Of a stretch of DNA of 64,000 bases, positions 42,501-51,161 are shown piece by piece (the first letter of the stretch is position 1; every line of letters starts with the position of its first letter). The DNA is taken from contig JBGAUL010000006.1 of assembly GCA_044228685.1 (NCBI GenBank), positions 74,616-138,615 on the forward strand, in the 5' to 3' direction. The position numbers and the translations under genes are program-made. A model generated the notes under the pieces. It saw only the letters and a program-made list of their open reading frames with translations, did not search any database and had not been told where the DNA came from. This DNA is from Chlorobiota bacterium. GTDB taxonomy: Bacteria > Bacteroidota > Ignavibacteria > Kapaibacteriales > NICIL-2.

Positions 42501-43832
42501 TTGAGCGGGATTGACCGTGATAAGCGTATCAACCGGCGCAGTTGCTGCATTACGTGAGCTGCCGCTGAGTGTTGTCGTGAGGTGTTGTCCGTTATTCAGT
42601 GTGATGTCGAGCGTGACGGATTTATTACCGACGCTCCGAGGTTGGAAGCGCACGACGAACATTGCCGAGTCGCAGGATGGAATGCCGAAGCTTGTCGTGG
42701 TTGGCGCTAAGACAGAAAAATGTTGGACGTCGGCTCCACTAAGAGTCCATGAACCACCAATTCCATTGTATGATTTATTCCGTACCCAAATTGTGTCATA
42801 ACGAACGTCGGGATAGCAGAACGAACCAAAGTCGATTGGTGATTTGCTTAGGCTTCTTTCAGGTGGAACCAGTTTATAGACACCGGTACCGGTGACAAAA
42901 CCGGTAGTGTCATTGATAAACCAACAATCGTCTAAGTCACTATCAATACCACAATTCTTCAATTCCCAGGTATCACCACTATCAAGCGTTCGCCACATGT
43001 TGCGGTTGTTGCCGCAGATCCAGCCTTGCCCCGGACTGAGTAGATATGCTCCGTACATTGGAATGTTAGTTGGAAAGTTCTTCCAGTTCGCTCCAAAGTC
43101 AACTGACATTCTACCGCCTCCACCAACGCCTGCGCCTGAGCAGGTGTTACCGGCCCACGGAACAAGAACGGAGAATCCGCTGATGCTGAGTTCTTCGTCC
43201 CAGAAGTTGGACCATGTGCTTTGGAATGGCGACCATGTTCGACCACTATCGAGTGACCTATAGAGTGAGCCACTACCAACGGCCATACCGTTGCCGTTGG
43301 GATAGAGGATCACATCAGTCATTCCACTCTGTGGGACGCTTGTTGAGCTTAAGGTCCAGTTTTGTCCACCATCGGTTGTTAGCAGGAAATACTGCGAGGT
43401 ACCACAGCCGCCCGCAACCAACACTCCCCAATTCGCATTGAGGAAGGATAGTCCCCATGGGTTTTGCGCGTTTGGAATAGTCGGTGTGATATTCGCCCAC
43501 GATGCCCCGCCATCAACAGACTTGAACACTCCGCAGGGTCCGGAACAATAGCCGATCTGCGTCGTGACAAACTGAATACTTTCTAAATGACCTTGCTGAG
43601 ATCCGTTGTAGGGAACCACTGTTCCCTGCCAGTTCGTACCACCATCTGTGGTGCGCAACACATAGCCATTGAATCCACAAACCCATCCATACTGTGGATT
43701 GGTCGGCATGAAAAACGCATCGAGATAATAGCCAGTGTTATACGGAGTAGGCAAGTTGCAATGTTGCCAAACCTGCGCAGGTAGCGACAGGGTTAAGGAG
43801 AGAAAACAGCACAACCAAAGCAGTCGCTTCAT
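39588..43832 (-). CDS. large secreted protein: YCF48/BNR beta-propeller + multiple Ig-like (ASH/choice-of-anchor D) domains + T9SS-type CTD
   Basis: Signal peptide; repeated T/S-x-D-G-G-x-x-W BNR boxes; repeated IDFG...N.G...L and F.P...G Ig units; GYYLIEI...PVLIMH end. Confidence 0.85.
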   Translation of the reverse strand: MKRLLWLCCFLSLTLSLPAQVWQHCNLPTPYNTGYYLDAFFMPTNPQYGWVCGFNGYVLRTTDGGTNWQGTVVPYNGSQQGHLESIQFVTTQIGYCSGPCGVFKSVDGGASWANITPTIPNAQNPWGLSFLNANWGVLVAGGCGTSQYFLLTTDGGQNWTLSSTSVPQSGMTDVILYPNGNGMAVGSGSLYRSLDSGRTWSPFQSTWSNFWDEELSISGFSVLVPWAGNTCSGAGVGGGGRMSVDFGANWKNFPTNIPMYGAYLLSPGQGWICGNNRNMWRTLDSGDTWELKNCGIDSDLDDCWFINDTTGFVTGTGVYKLVPPERSLSKSPIDFGSFCYPDVRYDTIWVRNKSYNGIGGSWTLSGADVQHFSVLAPTTTSFGIPSCDSAMFVVRFQPRSVGNKSVTLDITLNNGQHLTTTLSGSSRNAATAPVDTLITVNPAQCGTPIRVLTQWTNTGSLSDQVIQVQRISGATFTLENSLPIIIPSGGGTVGFTIVCPDTGWQIGRVRIRIGPCVHDTTFTLRVYGVSPIINTPLQRNYSSTCFAPVLDSIPVTNTGNADLIVSNNYIASGSSDFVILGWSTGESLPVSIKPGKTKYLLIRFTPLSSGPKSAVLRFTNNDQTTTRGNRSLMDVQLQGPSSGVSDSLSVQKIDFGKLCPGTSQVRTLTLYNTGSADITVLEPPPLQTPFSAVSSVTLPAVLKAHDSLRFTITFQAQKVGVFNDSLVLSIQPCDSARIAIPIHGECVSMLLRTVPKSIDTTMTVGSVAQFSIQVWSDGSDEVLIDAIALNPALPELSIIKQPTLPVRVSPGSFVTVEVEARPTTAGVLHSSLVCSSSGLCPASVTTDITINASQTLVSISKSRIDFPDQRCSSVVAYDTVYVRNDGGSDDSLLVVNLDAKGSTVFTLLEPKTLPLVVHKGSPIPIVVRAEHLSESIDTADLSIQFTTSYNAQPVHIPLHSSFRKTQSVAIDTVIDFGVLESCDLLRSKTIRFWNDGLLIDTLKCSTQLNAALRLSVTQIVLTSRGSDSVTIGFDPKGLSAQKIDQMMVWHSVVCGQDISVRVRAQIVAPHLQVSPTKLDFGTVWKGASKTLVIDVANHSDAARRLVGVRLANQSSQDITLSGSLDTLLQVGDVVSISARFTATVVGPFSADIVLLERSVCEDSTRVTCTALVPKELYTAELDVENGVIVDVADTADMWVVLRTNDTSDQALYKALPRSLMIRLTFNHSVMNVLSLHRQRKELGEAVPFIKTPQYLLLQISDDGSHSLGKSDTLCFIRAQGMQSIPNYTMVHIDSAWMDLPQPKDYVLNYDDGDFSVQACVKWARIQVAEVMTALVKRQPADEVLPIDLLNCPGGKVEVRFHSSDGRLLQQEEHVFTAGKAHMELSTATLSTGYYLIEIRSDDGQFLRLPVLIMH

Positions 43833-43947
43833 TGCTTTTTACTCCGCGGTGAAAGGGAATTCATGGACCCGAGAAAACTAGCGATAGATGTGCCCACACA
43901 CAAGGGAAATCTGGGTCAAGGAATGGCTGAATTGACCTGGAATCGAC

Positions 43948-44220
43948 TTAGAACGAAGAACTTCTATCAGAACGTAGACTTCGCAGCTTTTTCGAGGAGA
44001 TGTAGCCAACCAAACAGAAGCCTACTACGTTGGCATAGATGATCACAACATTCGAGATCAGCAAGCCATAGACGATCCAGATTACCGAGCCAATCGTCGC
44101 CATCATGAAGGTGCGAAGCGAGAGCTGAGCAACTTCACCCGTCTTGTACACATACCAAGCCTGTGGTAACATGGCAAAGGTGGTAAAGAATGCAGCGACG
44201 TATCCAATTGCCTCGATCAT
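43948..44220 (-). CDS. SemiSWEET/PQ-loop sugar transporter
   Basis: IGYVAAFFTTFAMLPQ, LS, W..YG, IYAN; AAGGA SD-like upstream; start moved to MIEAIG. Confidence 0.88.
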   Translation of the reverse strand: MIEAIGYVAAFFTTFAMLPQAWYVYKTGEVAQLSLRTFMMATIGSVIWIVYGLLISNVVIIYANVVGFCLVGYISSKKLRSLRSDRSSSF

Positions 44221-44234
44221 TGTTTCCTTGCGAT

Positions 44235-44271
44235 AAAAAAAAGACGTACCCAAAAGTGCTTCAGGTACGTC
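44235..44271 (-). terminator. intrinsic terminator between lipoprotein gene and SemiSWEET
   Basis: GACGTACC...GGTACGTC stem followed by U8 on minus strand. Confidence 0.75.
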
Positions 44272-44353
44272 GCAAATATAGCTTCAACTATTTCGATGCT
44301 TCGTGACTTCGTAGTGATTCGCGTGAGAACACGATACTACTTGTCAAGGTCTA

Positions 44354-45454
44354 TTACTTCACGCTGTAACGTTGAACGCGAATCTCTTCACTGTGGAACT
44401 TGGATGCGCTTCCTGAAGATGACGATTGCTGACTAAAGGTCGTTACTGTTCGTGCACAACCAATACCATCAACAAACCAACGTGAACTGGTAACAGTTAG
44501 CTGCACCGGAATAGACAAACCTTCAACCACATACACCAGATCGATGTGCCATGTCATGACAACCGGATGAGAGGCGAAGGTCTGCGTACCAACGCTGGTG
44601 CTATCGCCACAGCTTCGCGTGCACACCAGTTGAATGCTGCCGTTGAGAACCGCGGCTTGACCGTTGATCTGACTCTTCGCATTGACAAAAGTTGTATCGA
44701 GTCCAACCCACCGTGTTTGATCTGCATCGTAGATCTTCGTCCACTGAGCCGGAATTGGAATCACCGAAGAATAGGAGCTCATTGGGTTGTACTGCCACAA
44801 TACTCCGTTGTCATTGATGTACCATGTTGTGTCTACAACCGCGTTGTTCACGTAGCGTACGACTCCATCTGCTTGCCTGCCGTCAACGACGGAATGGGTC
44901 GCAACCACTGAGGAATCGCTCGTGACCTTTGACTCGTCGCGTTGACCGGTGTTAGGATCAACCGGACAATGCTCACTGAGCCAATAGCTGGTCTGTGTGG
45001 TTGGAAGTAGGTTCTGACGACGAACGGTGATGCTGACTTTTGCCACAGAGACAGGACTTACATGTGCACGCGCACTCACGATAACATCAACCGAACTTGT
45101 AGCGATGCTTCGAGGAGCTGTATAGACTCCATCGGAGCTAATGCTGCCCATTCCCTGTTCAATGCTCCAGGTTACAGATGAGTCGCGAAGCACGTAGTTA
45201 CGCACGGCGCTGTCCTTAGCGTGCGTGTCGACATGTGCACGAACAACTGCGTTGAGGCGGAGTTGCTGTCCTTCGTGAACGATAATATTTGTGGTTGTAA
45301 CTTCAACCGTGAACTGCACAGTATTAGCAACCACATTCGTGTCAATATGATCGACCACCGGCACTATGGGGTCGACAGCTACATTGCTACACGCATTGAA
45401 TGCGCTTAACATCGCGCAACAAAGAACTAAGTACACACTTTTCATAACGCTCAT
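44354..45454 (-). CDS. putative lipoprotein with Ig-like domain and beta-rich C-terminal domain
   Basis: Lipobox-like FNAC; VTWSI..GSISSDGVYTAP Ig signature. Confidence 0.7.
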   Translation of the reverse strand: MSVMKSVYLVLCCAMLSAFNACSNVAVDPIVPVVDHIDTNVVANTVQFTVEVTTTNIIVHEGQQLRLNAVVRAHVDTHAKDSAVRNYVLRDSSVTWSIEQGMGSISSDGVYTAPRSIATSSVDVIVSARAHVSPVSVAKVSITVRRQNLLPTTQTSYWLSEHCPVDPNTGQRDESKVTSDSSVVATHSVVDGRQADGVVRYVNNAVVDTTWYINDNGVLWQYNPMSSYSSVIPIPAQWTKIYDADQTRWVGLDTTFVNAKSQINGQAAVLNGSIQLVCTRSCGDSTSVGTQTFASHPVVMTWHIDLVYVVEGLSIPVQLTVTSSRWFVDGIGCARTVTTFSQQSSSSGSASKFHSEEIRVQRYSVK

Positions 45455-45635
45455 CCTTGAGTTTTAGGGAGTATTTACAACAATAGATCCCGTCAGTCCG
45501 TGGACTGTCGAGACAATTGCACAGGCAATCACCTTGCCAATTTTCCTCAAGACCCTTTCTGCGATGCTAAAAGTGTTCTTGCGTTGCTGCTTTTCGTATT
45601 TTTCAGCAGCTCAACTCATCCGGGGAACGCGCCAC

Positions 45636-46562
45636 ATGTTCGCTTACGTCGTTCGCAAACTTCTCAGCACCATTCTTACCATCCTTGGGGTGGTTACGGT
45701 GACCTTTTTTCTGGTGCGCTCTATTGATGGAGATCCGGCTAGAATTATGCTTGGTCAGCGTGCTGACGAAGCAACTCGTCAAGCCCTTCGCGAACAGTTC
45801 GGCTACAACAAACCATTGATCGTTCAATACGGTTTGTACATGAGTCGCCTCATTCACGGCGACTTGGGTCGTTCAACCGCATCGAATCGCGATGTACTCA
45901 GTTTCATCGCTGACAGAATGGAACCAACCGCACTCTTGGCTGGTGTGTCGATGAGTATTGCAGTTGTGCTGGGAATTGCGATGGGCACGTTGTCAGCGGT
46001 GCGCGCAAATACCTGGATTGACACCATCATCATGAGCATCGCACAGATAGGCATCTCGCTGCCGTCAATTGTAATGGCGACTATCTTCATTGTGATTTTC
46101 GGAATCATCCTCAAGTGGTTTCCAATATCGAATTATCAGCCCGGTCTTACGGAATATTTGGTCTTGCCGGCGATTACATTAGGTATACGTCCACTGGCTA
46201 TCATTGCTCGTGTGACGCGAGCGAGTATGCTGGACACCATGGGACAAGATTTTGTGCGAACGGCGAAAGCCAAAGGTCTGAGTGAGGGTCGTGTGGTGAT
46301 TCGACACACTCTTAGAAACGCGCTCAATCCTGTCGCAACCACCGTCGGCTCCTGGTTCGCCGGACTTCTCGCCGGTGCCTATTTCATTGAATTTATGTTC
46401 AATTGGCCCGGATTAGGCTCTGCTTCTTTCAACGCAATCAACGCCAGAGACTATCCTCTCATCCAGGGCGTAGTGTTGTTTTCTGCGATTTTCTTTGTGG
46501 TTGTTAATCTGCTAAGTGACCTCATTTACGCTTGGTTGGATCCTCGCATCAAGGTCATGTAA
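45636..46562 (+). CDS. peptide/nickel ABC transporter permease (DppB/OppB family)
   Basis: GDPA, QYGLY..GDLGRS, RASMLD...DFVRTAKAKGL (EAA loop), RNAL, FNWPGLG, RDYPLIQG, DPRI. Confidence 0.93.
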   Translation: MFAYVVRKLLSTILTILGVVTVTFFLVRSIDGDPARIMLGQRADEATRQALREQFGYNKPLIVQYGLYMSRLIHGDLGRSTASNRDVLSFIADRMEPTALLAGVSMSIAVVLGIAMGTLSAVRANTWIDTIIMSIAQIGISLPSIVMATIFIVIFGIILKWFPISNYQPGLTEYLVLPAITLGIRPLAIIARVTRASMLDTMGQDFVRTAKAKGLSEGRVVIRHTLRNALNPVATTVGSWFAGLLAGAYFIEFMFNWPGLGSASFNAINARDYPLIQGVVLFSAIFFVVVNLLSDLIYAWLDPRIKVM

Positions 46563-46651
46563 TACGCCACAGAAATCAGCTCGAATCTCACTTTTTCTTG
46601 TCAATCTGCTCTACTCTTGTATTTTAGCAGTCTTAGTTTCAGATCAGCCAC

Positions 46652-46741
46652 GGAGAGGTGGATGAGTGGCTGAAATCAACGGTTTGCTAAACCGTCGTAG
46701 TGTTTATAACGCTACCGCGGGTTCGAATCCCGCCCTCTCCG
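46652..46741 (+). tRNA. tRNA-Ser(GCT)
   Basis: Acceptor GGAGAGG/CCTCTCC + G discriminator; anticodon arm ACGGT-TTGCTAA-ACCGT; long variable arm; T arm GCGGG-TTCGAAT-CCCGC; CCA not encoded. Confidence 0.97.
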
Positions 46742-46750
46742 CATCGTAAT

Positions 46751-46790
46751 ACAAAAACCCCTCAGCTTAATCGCTCAGGGGTTTTTTGTT
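46751..46790 (+). terminator. intrinsic terminator after tRNA-Ser
   Basis: AAAAACCCCT...AGGGGTTTTTT. Confidence 0.85.
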
Positions 46791-47037
46791 GAATTCCGGT
46801 AAAAATGAGATGTAATCGAGATTCCGACCCGCAGTACAACGCTCAAGACCTTTGGTCCTCAACTAAAATTCTCAGGGAATCAGCTTTCATTCAACCCGGA
46901 CGAACTTGACCTTAGTTTAAACAGCCTCAGAATAATCAACAGTTAGTCGCGTGTTCGTATGTTGACTGGAGTAGGCCTCGTAAATGCAGTGCAAAAGGTG
47001 TTTTCCGTCCACGCTTCAAATCCTCAATTAGATCGTC

Positions 47038-47970
47038 ATGAAACAGAACTTGACTTCGAAGGAAGATGCTACTTCATCTAGCAACCGCGACAAGTGGGCA
47101 GAATGGTTATTGAACAAACGTCAGGGTGGTGCAGACAAATACAAAGACTCGCTCCCCGGCTATTATCCAATTCGGGATCGCGTGCTGTCCAATGCAAGAG
47201 TTGTTGACGGAGATGTTGTGTTGGATGTCGGATGCGGCGACGGACTCATTGCTTTCGGTGCGCTTGATCTTGTTGGGGAGAATGGAAAGGTAATTTTCTT
47301 GGATATCTCCCAGGACTGTCTGGATTACTGCATTCAAGGTGCAGAGAGCATCGGCGTATCGTCGCACTGCGAGTTCAAATGTTGTAGCGCTGACAATCTC
47401 ATCGACATTCCAGATGCATCAGTAGACGTAGTTTGTACTCGATCGGTGTTGATTTACCTTCAAGACAAACGAAAGTGTTTCGAGGAGTTTTATCGCGTTC
47501 TCAAGCCTGGAGGACGCGTGAGTCTATTCGAGCCAATCAATCGATTCTCCTATACTCGCTCAGAGAAGAATGGATACTTCGGCATCTCCTTCGCACCGGT
47601 CGACCACATTTTTGCGAAGTACAAACGTCCTGAATCCACACAGACCGAGCCACCTTTGGATGACTCACTCAACAGAGATCCAATGTTGAATTTTGATCAA
47701 CATGATCTGATTGACCAAGCTTTTGAAAGTGGATTTACGAGTGTGAACATTGAGTGCGAGCTTAGCAGCAATCGCAAGTCGAAGGCCTATCCTTGGGAAA
47801 TTTTCTATTTGGGTGCTCCAAATCCGCTGGTACCGTCACTCAAGGAGAGACTCCAGGAGCGATTCAGCGAGGAAGATCTATTGGAGTTCGAGAGAATTAT
47901 GAAGCCAGTCGTGGACAGTGCTTACATCACACATCATAGTAGTCTGGTGTATCTCTTTGCTGAGAAATAA
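47038..47970 (+). CDS. class I SAM-dependent methyltransferase (UbiE/ArsM-like fold)
   Basis: VLDVGCGDG motif I, LDIS, SVDVV, RVLKPGGR. Confidence 0.85.
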   Translation: MKQNLTSKEDATSSSNRDKWAEWLLNKRQGGADKYKDSLPGYYPIRDRVLSNARVVDGDVVLDVGCGDGLIAFGALDLVGENGKVIFLDISQDCLDYCIQGAESIGVSSHCEFKCCSADNLIDIPDASVDVVCTRSVLIYLQDKRKCFEEFYRVLKPGGRVSLFEPINRFSYTRSEKNGYFGISFAPVDHIFAKYKRPESTQTEPPLDDSLNRDPMLNFDQHDLIDQAFESGFTSVNIECELSSNRKSKAYPWEIFYLGAPNPLVPSLKERLQERFSEEDLLEFERIMKPVVDSAYITHHSSLVYLFAEK

Positions 47971-48045
47971 TGAGAAGCGAGTTCTCAAAGTTGCTTCCGG
48001 ACTACGTCGCGGAACATGTTAACTCTATCTAATTGAGAACCACAT

Positions 48046-48450
48046 TTAGATTGCTCTCACTCTGTTGTTGCGAGGATTATGCTCGAGTTCAACTAAGCCG
48101 AGAGCTTCCATGAGAGGTGGAATGTACATTCCTACGCGACCTCGGAATCCCTTCTTCAAACCATACCAACCGCCGACGGGATTAGTGCTTGATCGAGCCC
48201 AGGCTTCGACCGTGCCTTCACGTGCGTCCTTTGCTTCATCAGCGCTGCCACAATCCATCCAGTCACCATGCTCCTTGAGCATAGCATGTAAGTCTTCGAT
48301 GATACGGGCTTGATAATGCAGCACGGTTGAACCGACGGAGCATACAAGGATATTCTTTTCGGGATCCAGATACATGAGAAACTCAGACGTGAGAGGTGGA
48401 GTTTTCAAGGTCAGTGGACTCTCCTTGGTTCCGGCAGAAGCTGTGCTCAT
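48046..48450 (-). CDS. conserved hypothetical protein (DUF6855-like, from memory)
   Basis: LKTPPLTSE, GSADE, GTVEAWARS..NPVGGWYGLKKG.RGR, LEHNPRNNR. Confidence 0.65.
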   Translation of the reverse strand: MSTASAGTKESPLTLKTPPLTSEFLMYLDPEKNILVCSVGSTVLHYQARIIEDLHAMLKEHGDWMDCGSADEAKDAREGTVEAWARSSTNPVGGWYGLKKGFRGRVGMYIPPLMEALGLVELEHNPRNNRVRAI

Positions 48451-48595
48451 TCTTGTGTGCAGATTAGTGAGGAGGAAGGAAATAGCCTGTCAATTGAAAG
48501 CTAGCGCCATAACAACGAGCACAATATACCCTAAGTCTAAGCCACGGCAGTTAAATCTTCCGAAACACTTATCCTTGACTGGCAGAATTCGCTGT

Positions 48596-49534
48596 TTACA
48601 CTAAGGGCAACAGACGTTTGTTTGTGCTTCTAACCATGTGTGGTGGCAAGGCATCCAGTATCGACTCCTGCAAGGCGTCGACCATGCGTTGCTTGACGAA
48701 GTGCTGATAGGTCACAATACTGATTTCACGCGTCGGGAATGGCGCTTTAAATCGTCGAATTGACTTCTGCCGAGGTTTTGACAACTCGCTCAGAGCCATT
48801 TCAGGAATAATAGTCACTCCATTGTTCAGCTCAACCATCCGCATCAAGGTCTCAATACTCCCTGCTTCGTACTCAAGATTTGTCGAGCGAATCTCCTTTG
48901 TGCGTAGCTCACACAAATTCAGTACTTGCGAGCGAAGACAGTGTCCCTCTTCCATCAACCACAAATGCTTCGTGTCAATATCCGACGGCAACACATATTT
49001 CTTCTTCATCAACTTCTCTTCGTGCGATGCATAAACGACGAACTCTTCGTAGTACAGAGGTAGTTCACGCAACCCTGCCTGCATGAGCGGCGTGGCCAAA
49101 ATGCCTGCATCAATATGTCGCTGACGCAACTTCTCAATGATGGACTCAGTCGTCAGTTCCGATACCTTGACTTTGAGCAGCGGATGCTTCTGCACAAACT
49201 CTCGCAGAAACAGCGGCAGCAGGTACGGCGCGACGGTGGGAATAATGCCAATCTTCAACTCCCCTTTTAACTCGCCTCGCATTTCATTTACGACCTCGCG
49301 CATTCTGGATACTTCGCGCACGATCACGCGCGCCTGCTCCACGAGCGCAACACCGGCTTCGGTTGGCACTACCGGAAAGTGCGATCGATCGAATATCTGC
49401 ACGCCAAGCTCCTCTTCCAGCTTGCGTATCATCATACTCAGCGTTGGCTGCGTGATATTGCTTTTTTCGGCAGCTGTAGCGAAATGTCGCCATGTATCCA
49501 CCGCAATGACATACTCCAACTGTTGCAAATTCAT
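48596..49534 (-). CDS. oxyR: hydrogen peroxide-sensing LysR regulator OxyR
   Basis: MNLQQLEY HTH, TQPTLS, GIIPTVAPYLLP, EEGHCLRSQVLNLC with both redox Cys; start moved to MNLQ. Confidence 0.93.
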   Translation of the reverse strand: MNLQQLEYVIAVDTWRHFATAAEKSNITQPTLSMMIRKLEEELGVQIFDRSHFPVVPTEAGVALVEQARVIVREVSRMREVVNEMRGELKGELKIGIIPTVAPYLLPLFLREFVQKHPLLKVKVSELTTESIIEKLRQRHIDAGILATPLMQAGLRELPLYYEEFVVYASHEEKLMKKKYVLPSDIDTKHLWLMEEGHCLRSQVLNLCELRTKEIRSTNLEYEAGSIETLMRMVELNNGVTIIPEMALSELSKPRQKSIRRFKAPFPTREISIVTYQHFVKQRMVDALQESILDALPPHMVRSTNKRLLPLV

Positions 49535-49540
49535 AGGCAT

Positions 49541-49585
49541 ATCGATTGTATCTATGCAAACATAACTTTTATTGATTTGTTCTAT
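49541..49585. promoter_or_regulatory. OxyR-type operator
   Basis: ATCG-N7-CTAT (49541-49555) and ATTG-N7-CTAT (49571-49585), matching ATAG-N7-CTAT, directly upstream of oxyR. Confidence 0.7.
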
Positions 49586-49954
49586 ATCAATGATATGGCG
49601 ATTTTTGAGCGTCGGTCGACGGTGTGCAGCCAGGAACATCAAGAACGTCTTGTAAGGAGTCGATTATGTTACATTACCTCAGTGTCGGTTTGCTCAAGAA
49701 TACGCTGTATGTATCAGCCTTGGTACAACTCATCGCGAGCTGTACAAGACACATGCGTTGCTCGCTTTTACACATCATGGGCGGCATGACACCTCCGTCG
49801 AAATAACTCGACGACATTATCTCCTCTCTTTTTCCGCGCTTGTAACTTGATGAAGGGCATCTCGCTCGTAGTATGACAAAGGAATTATTCTCCTTGAATT
49901 AATTCTCTGAATACTCAAACTGAGTAATTTGTCAACACACTATCCGAGGTCGTT

Positions 49955-51094
49955 ATGCGCTTGATAACACTTTCCATTCTCTGCGCCTTTCTGTTCACAA
50001 CCAGCAGTTACAGTGGCACTACACTTCCTGAAGCCACGAAGACCGTCAACGAACCGAGTAATGAAGAAATTTCTTTGATTCAGGCGGGAACCGTATCTCA
50101 CGACAAAAAAGACTATGCCGATGCACTGGCTAAGTACGATAAGGCTTTAGAAGTCAATCCAACTAGCGTGATGGCTATGTATGAAAAAGCATACACCTTA
50201 AGCGTAATGACGAAGTATGACGAAGCGATTTCTATCGCGCTTCATGCATCGGAATATAAAAGTTCGATGCTTGGCCCGCTCTACATGATTATCGCGAACT
50301 GTCTGGACGACAAAGGTGAATCCGAGGATGCACTCGGAGTATATACTCAGGCAATTAAGCAAAAACCATCGGAGTTTATACTCCATTACAACAAAGGACT
50401 TTGCTACCGTCGATTAAAGAGATATGAAGAGGCAGAGCAGTGCTTCCTCGACGCGATTCAGAGAAATTTGAATCATCCGACAAGCTATTTGTCGTTGGCA
50501 GATATTAATGCGAATGTATTTAATCGTCCCGGAAGGGCCATCGCTTGTTACATGCGGTTCTTATCTCTGGAGCAAAAGACTGAGCGCAGTGAACGTATCG
50601 CGAATTTTCTTTTTGACTATCGCGGCGGTTCGCGACGAACAGAGAAAGACGGAGAGATTAATGTGAGCTTGAACATGGGCGATTCAACGGATGAGTTTGG
50701 CTCAGTTGCCATCAGCGCTTCGCTGTTTGCTATGCTCGGCAAACTTGATACCGCAAAGTCCTCACCAGGCGCGTCGAAAATGATGAACAGCTTCGACATG
50801 AAAGTCATCGGACTTAAAAGTTCTATCTCCATGATAGCTGATCTTGCCAATTCAGATACTGCATCAATGGACCCGAAACTGAACAAGCCATTTCACAAGT
50901 CACGTTACTTCTTTGCTCTCGCACCCTTTTTTGCAGGAATAAAAGCCGCTAAACTCGAGAGTGCATTTATGCACTACATTTTTCAGTCTACTGAGGCTGA
51001 GCAAAAGTCGGAGTACGCCGATCGTGACGACAATCTGCGGACCGTGCGTCAGTACGTTATGCGATACGGAAAAACAAAGTCAGATGACGAATAA
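49955..51094 (+). CDS. exported tetratricopeptide-repeat protein
   Basis: Signal peptide; about 4-5 TPR units (YADALAKYDKALEVNP; HYNKGLCY...YEEAEQCF). Confidence 0.85.
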   Translation: MRLITLSILCAFLFTTSSYSGTTLPEATKTVNEPSNEEISLIQAGTVSHDKKDYADALAKYDKALEVNPTSVMAMYEKAYTLSVMTKYDEAISIALHASEYKSSMLGPLYMIIANCLDDKGESEDALGVYTQAIKQKPSEFILHYNKGLCYRRLKRYEEAEQCFLDAIQRNLNHPTSYLSLADINANVFNRPGRAIACYMRFLSLEQKTERSERIANFLFDYRGGSRRTEKDGEINVSLNMGDSTDEFGSVAISASLFAMLGKLDTAKSSPGASKMMNSFDMKVIGLKSSISMIADLANSDTASMDPKLNKPFHKSRYFFALAPFFAGIKAAKLESAFMHYIFQSTEAEQKSEYADRDDNLRTVRQYVMRYGKTKSDDE

Positions 51095-51161
51095 GTGAAT
51101 TTGCTTGAGTGGATGACAGTGCGTCAGATACTCGAATGCAGCTCGGCAATGAGCGGTATTT

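Noticed and set aside
46805-46909. 34-codon ORF (MRCNRDSDPQ...) after tRNA-Ser as an integrase remnant
   Set aside because: No recombinase motifs or ribosome-binding signal recognisable
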